Shown here: positions 16,052-24,800 of the stretch, one piece after another
How the letters are laid out: each line of letters opens with the position of its first letter
Position numbering within the stretch: the stretch's first letter is position 1
From: Candidatus Iainarchaeum sp.
GTDB taxonomy: Archaea > Iainarchaeota > Iainarchaeia > Iainarchaeales > VGJJ01
DNA length: 32,000 nt
Direction: 5' to 3'
Assembly (NCBI GenBank): GCA_030688545.1
Contig: JAUYHT010000002.1
Location: forward strand, 330,001 to 362,000
Translations under genes and position numbers: made by a program
The notes under the pieces: generated by a model
Told to the model about the DNA's origin: nothing
Database searches by the model: none
What the model saw: the letters and a program-made list of their open reading frames with translations, nothing else

Positions 16052-17183
16052 GAACATCGATTCGGTCGATATCTGTTATAATGGGGCTTTTTCTTCCGCA
16101 AGAACATTCCATATCACCTAAAAATTTTACGGAATCTCCAGGGGCGTAACGAATATATCTTGTCCCTTCTCTTGCAAGTGTTGTGTAAATCAGAATTCCC
16201 CTTTCATTTTTCTTTACTGGAACCATTGTCCCGCTTTCATACTTTACTATCTCAACAAAATGAGGGCCGTAGTTTAAATGCATGTTATTGTATTTACAAA
16301 ACCTGGAATCTCCCCCAATAGTACTAGATGCTTGTGGTATTGCCTCGCTGGAGCCCAACGTTGTTGCCAATTTCTTATTATACGCTTCAGACCAATTAAT
16401 TACTTCATCGATTAATTTATACCCTGTGATAAAGTAAGTATTCACAGTACTCTCTAAAATATCTTGCCCCTCATCTACCAATGCAACAAAATCCACACCA
16501 CCGCCTTTCTTTGTATTATCTCCATCAGGAGACAATGGACCTTGTACAGTCGCCAACACATTTACAGAATAATCCCTTATTGTATTAATTATATCCGAAG
16601 CGGTGTCAGTTGTCCGCCTTGGAATAAACTGCATTTGCAAAATTGTTGACGCCTCCTTAATTATTTCACCACCTTTGTGTGTTGGATTGTAGGTTGAAAG
16701 GATCGTATCCCCTTTTTTCATGCCCATGGCAGAGAAACAACGAGCTAAACCATACGATTCTACTTTTCTATCATTTTGAGTAATAAAGGTTGGAGTTGCA
16801 ACACCCTTCGTCCCTCCACTTTTGTAAATAAATGAATGTGGTAACCCATGTGGTGCCATGGATAATGGATTTTTGGCAACTTTATTGCGAAATCCGATAG
16901 TGTCAACGGAAGTATCTTTTACCAGTATTGGCAAACGATAAAAGTCATCGATAGAATTCAACTTCAAATTGGGAGAATATCCACCATAAATTTCTGGCAT
17001 TAATTCTCTTGCTTCATTTACCGTGGTTATTAATAGGCTAAAAAATAAATTAGCCGCTTTTTTTGTTGATAGTTTATCCCACTCTGGAAGAAACCATGCG
17101 CTTATTGGAATACTATTGGCAGAGGTTATTCGCCCTGATTCAACCTCGGAGACGATTTCCTTAAAGGAGTTTAACCCAGACAT
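16014..17183 (-). CDS. LuxE/PaaK-like acyl-adenylate-forming enzyme (acyl-protein synthetase-like)
   Basis: A P-loop-like AMP motif YKSGGTKGVATP and RYAPGDSVKF...CSCGRKSPIITDIDRID resemble the PaaK / coenzyme F390 synthetase / LuxE group. The protein stops soon after the hinge, so it has no ANL C-terminal domain, and ends in NGCCIG. GTG 17192 is an alternative start. The 3' end overlaps the aminotransferase 3' end by 38 nt. Confidence 0.75.
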   Translation of the reverse strand: MSGLNSFKEIVSEVESGRITSANSIPISAWFLPEWDKLSTKKAANLFFSLLITTVNEARELMPEIYGGYSPNLKLNSIDDFYRLPILVKDTSVDTIGFRNKVAKNPLSMAPHGLPHSFIYKSGGTKGVATPTFITQNDRKVESYGLARCFSAMGMKKGDTILSTYNPTHKGGEIIKEASTILQMQFIPRRTTDTASDIINTIRDYSVNVLATVQGPLSPDGDNTKKGGGVDFVALVDEGQDILESTVNTYFITGYKLIDEVINWSEAYNKKLATTLGSSEAIPQASSTIGGDSRFCKYNNMHLNYGPHFVEIVKYESGTMVPVKKNERGILIYTTLAREGTRYIRYAPGDSVKFLGDMECSCGRKSPIITDIDRIDVPNEIIQNGCCIG

Positions 17184-17191
17184 TATTACCA

Positions 17192-18523
17192 CTACTTAGA
17201 AATCTCATGAAGCATTTTTGAATATAGCACAAAGATGTCGGCATTTAAGTGATGAAAGCCAGTACCCCCACCTGGTTTTGATCCTATTTCACCAAAAGAA
17301 GAAAAGCCAATAATTGGCGCCCTGAATTTCTTTTTTAAAGATTTAAGATCTTCTACCACATTTTCCTTCAAGACAACCCGACAGGATGCACATAAAATTG
17401 CCAAACAAAATGCCGCGGGACCTGTTTCAGAAGTATATTCCATTATATCTTTTGCAACTTCTGCAGGAGCTGAAACTACGTTTTTAGGATCTGCATCCAT
17501 TATGTACACGGGCCACCCTTCGATGAAGGGCGCTGTAAATGCCATAAAGTCCCCATTTGGTACTCCTCCTGCACGGATTACATAGTTACCATAAAGATCT
17601 GGAACACCTAATGGTTTAAGCTGTGTTAATTCTAAATAGTTTTTAACAAACTTTTCCTTTGAAATGCCGAGCTGTTCTGCATACCAATCAACGGGTTTTT
17701 TTCCTGAAATACTGGTGACAACATAACCACCTTTATCAACTCCAGAAATATAACCAAATTTATTTAGCCGTTTAGCACCATGCGCCATGGACAAACCATA
17801 CAAATGACTACATACGTTAACCGTTATTATTAAGCCATCCTTTAGTACTTTTCCAGAGTGAAGAGAATAGATATCATAAGGCTTGCCAGTAAAAAGCTTC
17901 TCAAGTTCTACACCAAAACTTCCACCGTAAATGGGTACATCGAGGCCGACTTCATCTGAAATTCCATTAATAATTTTCATTTCTTCCCCCATTTGTGGCA
18001 GCTTCATTCCACGAGAGAACGCAAAGACAAAAAATGAAGGAATTTTAACCATCCATTTTACATGAGCATTCTTCATTCGAGTAAATTGTAGATATGGATC
18101 TACAAACTTGTCTATGGAAAGTTTTTCCAACGCTTTTGAAACTGCTTCACGGGCTGCTTCACGGGGACTTTTCGAAACATTATCAATCGATGCAACTCCA
18201 ACATGAAGATAATCACTTTGAATTGAGGCGACAACAATTCCTTTCCTAAACATTTTTTCTTCAAAATAAACAGCGTCTGCACTTCCTCCAACAAACTCTG
18301 TACCACCTAAAACCGACATAAGACCTTCGTTAAGTTTATTTGGATCGTAATCTCCTGCAAAGAATACATATGTTATTGTTGGCGCTTTCCCTTTTAGTGG
18401 TGCTATAGCAGACATAGCAGCTTCTTTGGCGGCTTTTACTGGATCACTAGAGATGCTATAACCTGTTCCAACAGTTAACGCACTTTCTTTTTCCTTCATA
18501 ATATTTTTGCCAGCTGTTCGCAT
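17192..18523 (-). CDS. FIST-domain sensory protein (FIST_N plus FIST_C)
   Basis: The N-terminus (SDPVKAAKEAAMSAIAPLKGKAPTITYVFFAGDYD...LGGTEFVGGSADA) and C-terminus (PIIGFSSFGEIGSKPGGGTGFHHLNADIFVLY) fit the FIST_N and FIST_C patterns. ATG 18523 lies 4 nt after the V4R stop. The track start at 18592 overlaps the V4R gene. Confidence 0.75.
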   Translation of the reverse strand: MRTAGKNIMKEKESALTVGTGYSISSDPVKAAKEAAMSAIAPLKGKAPTITYVFFAGDYDPNKLNEGLMSVLGGTEFVGGSADAVYFEEKMFRKGIVVASIQSDYLHVGVASIDNVSKSPREAAREAVSKALEKLSIDKFVDPYLQFTRMKNAHVKWMVKIPSFFVFAFSRGMKLPQMGEEMKIINGISDEVGLDVPIYGGSFGVELEKLFTGKPYDIYSLHSGKVLKDGLIITVNVCSHLYGLSMAHGAKRLNKFGYISGVDKGGYVVTSISGKKPVDWYAEQLGISKEKFVKNYLELTQLKPLGVPDLYGNYVIRAGGVPNGDFMAFTAPFIEGWPVYIMDADPKNVVSAPAEVAKDIMEYTSETGPAAFCLAILCASCRVVLKENVVEDLKSLKKKFRAPIIGFSSFGEIGSKPGGGTGFHHLNADIFVLYSKMLHEISK

Positions 18524-18527
18524 TTTT

Positions 18528-19127
18528 TCACCACCAGAAATGTCCACGTTGATTAGGCTGACTAACCGCGAGCTGGTATTTAAACAAGTCACTATTCTTA
18601 TCGAAAGTCTCCCTTTTTTTAATCAAAAATGAACACTCTTTATCTCCCGAAGCTAAACATTGGTGTTCCAAGGCTTCAATATTTGGTTCATTGAATAGTA
18701 AAGAAAATGCCCCAGCCAGCATGCCCCTCGCGACGTGATCGACCGGGTGTTTTGTCTTTCCGTAATTTGAGGCGACAGCCGAACCATCCAAACTAACAAT
18801 AGCTTGCATTTTTGCAAAATCGATTGAATCAATATTGTATATTCCATCTCCATGAGAATTCAGTAAATTAAATATCAGGCCCATATATTCTGTTCGATTC
18901 ATTGAAACTCCCGCCTTTAATGTATTTGAGAAATTTTTAAATCCTACATCTTTACTTACATTGTAAATTTGTTGTGGAAGCTGATTATCTACCTGCTGTT
19001 GTAAGTTAGATATCAAACTGGAAGGCATCATTACAAATCGATCATTAAAAAATGATATATTTCCCTTTTCAAGTTTCAATTGTTTGACAAGCATCATTTT
19101 AGAAATAAAGTCGTATGTCATAACCAT
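18528..19127 (-). CDS. V4R-domain small-molecule-binding protein
   Basis: The C-terminal HQCLASGDKECSFLIKK matches the V4R Cys-x-Gly-x-Cys-x-Phe signature. Size is about 200 aa. The ATG overlaps the KaiC-like stop (TGATG). Confidence 0.7.
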   Translation of the reverse strand: MVMTYDFISKMMLVKQLKLEKGNISFFNDRFVMMPSSLISNLQQQVDNQLPQQIYNVSKDVGFKNFSNTLKAGVSMNRTEYMGLIFNLLNSHGDGIYNIDSIDFAKMQAIVSLDGSAVASNYGKTKHPVDHVARGMLAGAFSLLFNEPNIEALEHQCLASGDKECSFLIKKRETFDKNSDLFKYQLAVSQPNQRGHFWW

Positions 19128-19885
19128 CAAAGCTTGTTAACTAAGTCGGTGCTTTCTTGCAACTCAATTCCCTTACTAGTTATAATATAGTCAAGTGTGT
19201 GAAAGCCATGATCAGTGTACCTCATTTTCCTTACCTTTAATGTCCGAAATTTTGTTCCTTCCAGAAAATGCAGTGTCACCACACCATCAACTATAAATTC
19301 ACTCACTCCATCAGTGGAAAAACCTACATCTCCTTCATGTAATTCGGAAGTGAATATTACAGTTGTTCCAAATTCTTTGAACTTGTTTAGTACATTATAA
19401 AGAATAATTTTGGTTACAATTTGTTCAGTACGTTGTATAGGAGATACAGTGTCTACAATGTTTATCATTGAAAATGCTTTATCCTTTTGTAATTCACCTA
19501 GCATCAACGAATCTGTAAGAGTAGTCATTGAGTCAATGACAATTCTTTTAGGTTGAAATGTTTTAACTAATTCTTCAATTTTTGTCAGAAAGTGATCTTC
19601 TTCCAAGACTTTAAAGAAGATAATTCTGAGTAAATTCCGATTTTCTAGATCTACCAGATTCCATCCAAATTGAGACGCTGATTTCTGCAATTCTTCTTCG
19701 GACTGCTCAGTCGAGATATATAATCCTTTTTCCCCATATAGGGTGGCCCCATTAACAAGATACTGTAAGGAGATAGTAGATTTCCCAGTCCCAGCCCCCC
19801 CAGAAAGTAGTACGAGGTTCCCTTCGGGAAATCCCCCATTGAGGGCTTTGTCCAACCCCTGGATGCCAGTCTTGCTGCGTTGCAT
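19127..19885 (-). CDS. Single-domain KaiC-like (RecA-superfamily) ATPase
   Basis: GIQGLDKALNGGFPEGNLVLLSGGAGTGKST (Walker A) and RIVIDSMTTL (Walker B) are present. At 252 aa it has the typical archaeal KaiC-like layout. Confidence 0.9.
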   Translation of the reverse strand: MQRSKTGIQGLDKALNGGFPEGNLVLLSGGAGTGKSTISLQYLVNGATLYGEKGLYISTEQSEEELQKSASQFGWNLVDLENRNLLRIIFFKVLEEDHFLTKIEELVKTFQPKRIVIDSMTTLTDSLMLGELQKDKAFSMINIVDTVSPIQRTEQIVTKIILYNVLNKFKEFGTTVIFTSELHEGDVGFSTDGVSEFIVDGVVTLHFLEGTKFRTLKVRKMRYTDHGFHTLDYIITSKGIELQESTDLVNKL

Positions 19886-19906
19886 GGGCTAGGTATATTT
19901 TAGCGG

Positions 19907-19914
19907 TATAAAAA
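19907..19914. promoter_or_regulatory. Shared TATA-like box in the divergent KaiC / wHTH-P4 region
   Basis: TATAAAAA / TTTTTATA is centred about 26 nt upstream of the KaiC ATG (19885) on the - strand. It lies about 55 nt upstream of the P4 ATG on the + strand. Confidence 0.35.
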
Positions 19915-19965
19915 GGGATTGCCCGGATAGCTAAACGTGGATTTAAAACCTCTTAAAAGTTGGTT

Positions 19966-20829
19966 ATGTTTATGGATACATCGGGTGGGATACCTTTTGG
20001 AGGTAGCGGGCAGCGCGTTCGCGACCAGGTTTTAGTAATCTTAAGTGAGGAATTTCCTCTGACGGTAAAAGAATTGTTTAATCGCATATCGCGCCAAGGA
20101 CATGAAATTACATATCAGGCTGTTCACAAAGTTGTCAATCAACTGATGGATGAAGGAATAACGGAGAAAAAAGGAAAAGGTGTTCAATTAAGTCAAAGTT
20201 GGATTCACAAGGTAAAAGAATATGCGTTTAATGTCGATACTATATATACCAAAGGAAAACAATACAAACTACCCCGCTTCTTCGAGAAACCATACACGAT
20301 TGTGTTCGACGACTTTTCAACGTATGTTGTTTGGATCGCAGAAAATCTTCGCGACGGAAAATTCTCACAGGGAAAGACGGGCATAGTATATGGAATGTTT
20401 TATCACGCCCCATGGCCTTTGCGCTTTAATTTTTCTGATTTTGAATTGTTAAGGCAAATGGCCACCAAATGCCATGCAATTGGAATTTCGGCATGTGATA
20501 TGCCTTTTGATCGGTGGGTTGCTACTCACTTTAAGCTTGGTGGAGTAAAACAATTCAAAACAGGAATGAAAACCAAAATAAAAGAAGATTATTACGTGAC
20601 TGAGGATGTTGTGGTTCGTGTGAAGTTTTCTCCTGAAACGATTGCATTTCTCGACAAGATCTATTCTAAAATTCATGATTTAAAGGATCTTTTTCACTTT
20701 TACCTAGTTGAATTAGAACGAAAAGCCCCAATTCATATTGAATTAACAGCTGAGCGAAATCCCATGTTGGCAAAAATGATTGAAAACCAAATCAAACAAT
20801 ACCTAAACGAAACGGAGAAAGGAAAATGA
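19966..20829 (+). CDS. wHTH paralog P4
   Basis: ITYQAVHKVVNQLMDEGITEKKGKGVQL wHTH motif and APWPLRF in the C-terminal domain. The track start TTG 19960 and ATG 19972 are alternatives. Confidence 0.75.
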   Translation: MFMDTSGGIPFGGSGQRVRDQVLVILSEEFPLTVKELFNRISRQGHEITYQAVHKVVNQLMDEGITEKKGKGVQLSQSWIHKVKEYAFNVDTIYTKGKQYKLPRFFEKPYTIVFDDFSTYVVWIAENLRDGKFSQGKTGIVYGMFYHAPWPLRFNFSDFELLRQMATKCHAIGISACDMPFDRWVATHFKLGGVKQFKTGMKTKIKEDYYVTEDVVVRVKFSPETIAFLDKIYSKIHDLKDLFHFYLVELERKAPIHIELTAERNPMLAKMIENQIKQYLNETEKGK

Positions 20830-21686
20830 GCACGCAAAAATTAACTTCGATTCCCTTTATCGGTGGCCAAGGTTCTACGCGCGATGAAATCTTAGCCATT
20901 TTGAGCGAAGAGTTTCCCTTTTCCGCCAAGGAAATTTATGCCCGTGTCAAACGACAGGGAAGAAATGTTTCCTATCAAGCGGTTCATAAAACGCTCCAAT
21001 CCTTGATCGAACAGCGTGTGCTGGAAAAACAAAATTCCACATATCTCATCCAGAAAGAATGGATTACCAACATCCGGGATCATTTGACTATATTGGAACA
21101 TCAATATCAGGAAAAACCTTCGGCCAAAAAAGTGTTAGAGGAAGCCAAAAAAACCACCGTCAAACTTCACTTTTCGAGTTTAACGACAATGAGTGTTTTT
21201 ACTGCCGAATTGTTGGGTTTGTATCGTGAACAAACTAAAAGACCAGTTCCCCATTTCGCATTTTTGCGTCATGCATGGTGGCCATTGAAATTCGAACCAT
21301 CCCAATATTTTTTATTCAAGCGAATGGACGATAATAATCCTAATAATCGAGTCGTCGTCATCAAAAACGATCCCTTCGATAAGTGGATCGTTCGATACTA
21401 CATGCTTGTGAATAGTTCGAATAGGTTGCGATTCGAAGAAAAAGCAAAATGGGAGGAAGACTTGATTGTAAAAGGGGACTTGGTTTTGCAAACACGATAT
21501 TCCAAAGAAACGTTAAAACGCATGGATGACATCTACCAAAAAATATCCGGACTGACTGAATTATTCGACACATATTTTGTGAACATAGGAAAAGACGAAG
21601 GATTTGATATAGACATTACCATATCACACAATCCGACTATGGCAAAACTCATTACGGAGAAAATTAAAGGCTATTTTGGCGAATAA
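20826..21686 (+). CDS. wHTH paralog P5
   Basis: VSYQAVHKTLQSLIEQRVLEKQNSTYLI wHTH motif and AWWPLKF in the C-terminal domain. It shares an ATGA overlap with P4. Confidence 0.75.
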   Translation: MSTQKLTSIPFIGGQGSTRDEILAILSEEFPFSAKEIYARVKRQGRNVSYQAVHKTLQSLIEQRVLEKQNSTYLIQKEWITNIRDHLTILEHQYQEKPSAKKVLEEAKKTTVKLHFSSLTTMSVFTAELLGLYREQTKRPVPHFAFLRHAWWPLKFEPSQYFLFKRMDDNNPNNRVVVIKNDPFDKWIVRYYMLVNSSNRLRFEEKAKWEEDLIVKGDLVLQTRYSKETLKRMDDIYQKISGLTELFDTYFVNIGKDEGFDIDITISHNPTMAKLITEKIKGYFGE

Positions 21687-21741
21687 ATAGCTTATTACAT
21701 CCCCGGCCCAAAAAGCCTTGGCATTAGATTGTGAATCTGGT

Positions 21742-21806
21742 ATGACCCCTTCCCCGGTCTAAAAGCTGAGGTATAAAACCCAAGACTGCAGCGCTAACGC
21801 GCTGCC
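21742..21806 (+). repeat. Degenerate structured element unit plus 7-bp GC hairpin
   Basis: ATGACCCCTTCCCCGGTCTAAAAGCTGAGGTATAAAACCCAAGAC has an eroded stem. It is followed by a perfect hairpin GCAGCGC-TAAC-GCGCTGC (21788-21805). The locus lies between converging genes. Confidence 0.55.
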
Positions 21807-21818
21807 ATTAAATTCGGC

Positions 21819-24800
21819 TCAGTTCAGCCCAATATTTTGATCAAGGGTATAGTAGGGGGAGTAATAGCCACTCCCCAGGGGATCGATGGCGCGGCAGCGC
21901 AGGCCAACGTTGGGTTGGGTGCCAAGGCCTGAAATGTCCCATGCGAAAGAGAGGCTGGCGTCGTGCACCCCTATTTCCTGCCAATTGGAGGGGTTGGTGT
22001 TGGTTTGGGGCGTGCCGAAGGCGAGGGCCGTATCATAGGCATGACCGGGAGCGTTCCCCGTGTAGATGTTGTCCGACTCAGAAGCATTCCCGCCGTGATT
22101 CCCCACGGAGAGATAGGGGTACCAGTGATTGGCGCCTTCCCATCCGTTCACCTTTACGAAAGCAGAAGCGTTGGCGTCCATGATGAAGGCCCCCATCCAC
22201 CCGGTGCGGGAAATCAACACTTCCGTGCGATCCCCAACCATCACTTGGGGATTGGAATTGCTGGTGTTCTGCGTCCCATTGGATTGGTCCACTTCAACAC
22301 GGGCATACAGGTATCCATTGGGACACGCGTTGTCCACATTCATCCCGAAATATTCGTCTAAATAGGTCGGAGCCGTATGGTCGGTGTCGCGCGTGAGGGC
22401 TATTTCGGTATTCATGCACGCCGAAGTGGGTCGGGGTTGCGCGCGGAGGTAGAAACTGCTCCCCTGCTGGACCCAATCCTTCGTGATTTGATCCTCGGAA
22501 GAAGAGCCTCCCGTGCGCTGCAAGATACCCCCGCTTTCCTGCCAGGAACCTGAGCGGATGGTCCAACCATCCAGGCTGCCGTTCTCAAAATCATCCACCA
22601 GGTGTTGGGCTCCAGTGAGGAAGAAATCAGAGGGAGTGGTCTTCCCTACATACGTCGCGGAGGGGTTCCCCCAGTACATGTCGATGGTGTTCGCTCCGGC
22701 ATGGGCGTCCAATTCGATCCAGAAGGAGGCGAATGCCCCGGGGCCGTGGAGCATGAGATAATGTTTGAGAAGAACCCCCTCATGGACAAAACGGATGTCC
22801 TGGAAATCCTCCTGGACATTGTCCCAGAAAGCGGGATCTGGGAGGATGGTCTGATTGAGGTCAATGGAAGTGCGGAAGCCCGTTTGGGGCCCGGACATGG
22901 TTAAGGAGATGGGAACACGGTGGCTCCAATTGGAATCCCACCAGTTCCCTCCCCCAGTCTCGAGGGAAGCCTCCAAATGATACCTCAGGGCATCATTTTC
23001 TGGGTCCATGGACCCCGAGCAGGCCAAATCAAGGGTATTCACATAGGTCCCAGCGCAGGGAAGGTCGTCACAGGTAATACTAATGGGGGCGGAGGGAGGC
23101 AGATTAGGCAAAACGGCGAGCCAGGCCATGGCCTGCTGAACCAAATCCCGTTTTTGGGCAGGGTCCTGCACCATGCCCAGGGCGAAACCAAAGAATAGCC
23201 TCCTTGAGAAATTCTCTAAGGCCGTAATAGCGGCATTCCCATCCACCCAAGTGGCGGCCGTGAAAGCCTCCGGGAAAGGGAGTACGGCATCCGGGTATCC
23301 GCTATTATCCCCATTTAGATCCAATGGCGCGAGCGTGGGAAAGACTGAAGTGGATTGAGGGGTAATCGCGGCGGCGCCGATAGGGAGGAGGATATCCTTC
23401 ACGTGCCTCACCCCCACATAGTCATGGAGAAACGCGTCATTGTGGTCGAAGGCGATGTCATTCCCTTCGAAGAGGATATTTCCCGTGTAAAGTTCGATGG
23501 CGGCCACGTCATTGGCGTCGACGCTCTGGCTCCAGTAATTCCCCGCCGACCATACGATTAGAGGAAATTGATTCAGGAAGGAAGGGGAAGGGTTCCCTTG
23601 CGTCGATTCGTCCCAGCGGGTGACGCAATATCCGGTTTCCTTCAATTCTTTCTCCCATAGGAAAGCAGTGGAGGCATTCTCATCCACGAATGGGGAGGCA
23701 TCGTCGTCGTTCACGAGCAACACATTCTCCTCTGTGCAGAAGAATAACCGATCATCATACGTGTTGTCCGTCTCATCCGCCTCCGTCACCAGATTAGCGG
23801 GATCAACCACGATCGACACATCATAATTTCCTTTTGGGAGCAAGCGAATATGCGACACCGAAGCGACGGTGCCGGGTTCAATGTTCGTAATTGTATGAGT
23901 GGCGGTAATGCCATTGATGGAGAAGCGCACCTTGAGGCTGGGGATGAGAGTACCCCCGAAATTGGCGACGAATGCTTTAACCTTGAGGGAGCCATTGGCA
24001 TCATTATAGGTCCCCTCCACCCATACGGGAATAGCATTGGGCAACACAGGCGCCACGAAGATGGGGGTTTCCTTCCAATTGTTTAATGAATTAGGTTCGA
24101 TAATCCCAAAATCCCGGTTGGCATGGATGGTGAGGGTATGCGTACCGGCCGGAAGGAAAATGGCGGGAGTTAATCGTTTGGATTGGTTGACATCCAGCGT
24201 GCCAGTATCAGTATGGATGGGTTGCCCGTCCAAGAGCAGGTCAATGGTTACATTTGGAGCGGGTTGATGGCCCTTGTTCCGCACGATATAGGGGAGGGGG
24301 TTGATCCCTTCGATTAGGTATTGGGAAAAGAGTGTCAGATGTGGGGGATCGACATTGATTAAATCAATGGCCTCCTGCGGATGGAAGAATGTCTGAACGC
24401 TCGGAATGACTATGTCGGGACCTGACGTGGTGAACATCCAGGAGAAGATGTTCTGGAGGAGGGTTTGGTGGTGAATAAAGGGTAAATGAGTAGCTGGAGA
24501 AAATCCAAGGAATAAACCCTTGGAATCATTATCCTGAAACGCCACGATCCCACTCTCACTATTTTCCCAATTGGCCAAGGCCACGCCGCCATTGATGGGG
24601 GTGACGGCATCTGGAAATATAGTTTGATTTAAATCCATAGGAATAGGGGATGGGATGTTCTGGAGGATGTAATGTCCCAATGCGATGTTCAGGGCGACTG
24701 GATTGTTTGGATTTAATGATATTTCTTCCAAAAAAGTGGCGTGAGCGCGATTGACCATGAGTTCGTCCGAATTGTGGCGGTATCCTATTTCATCCCCGGC

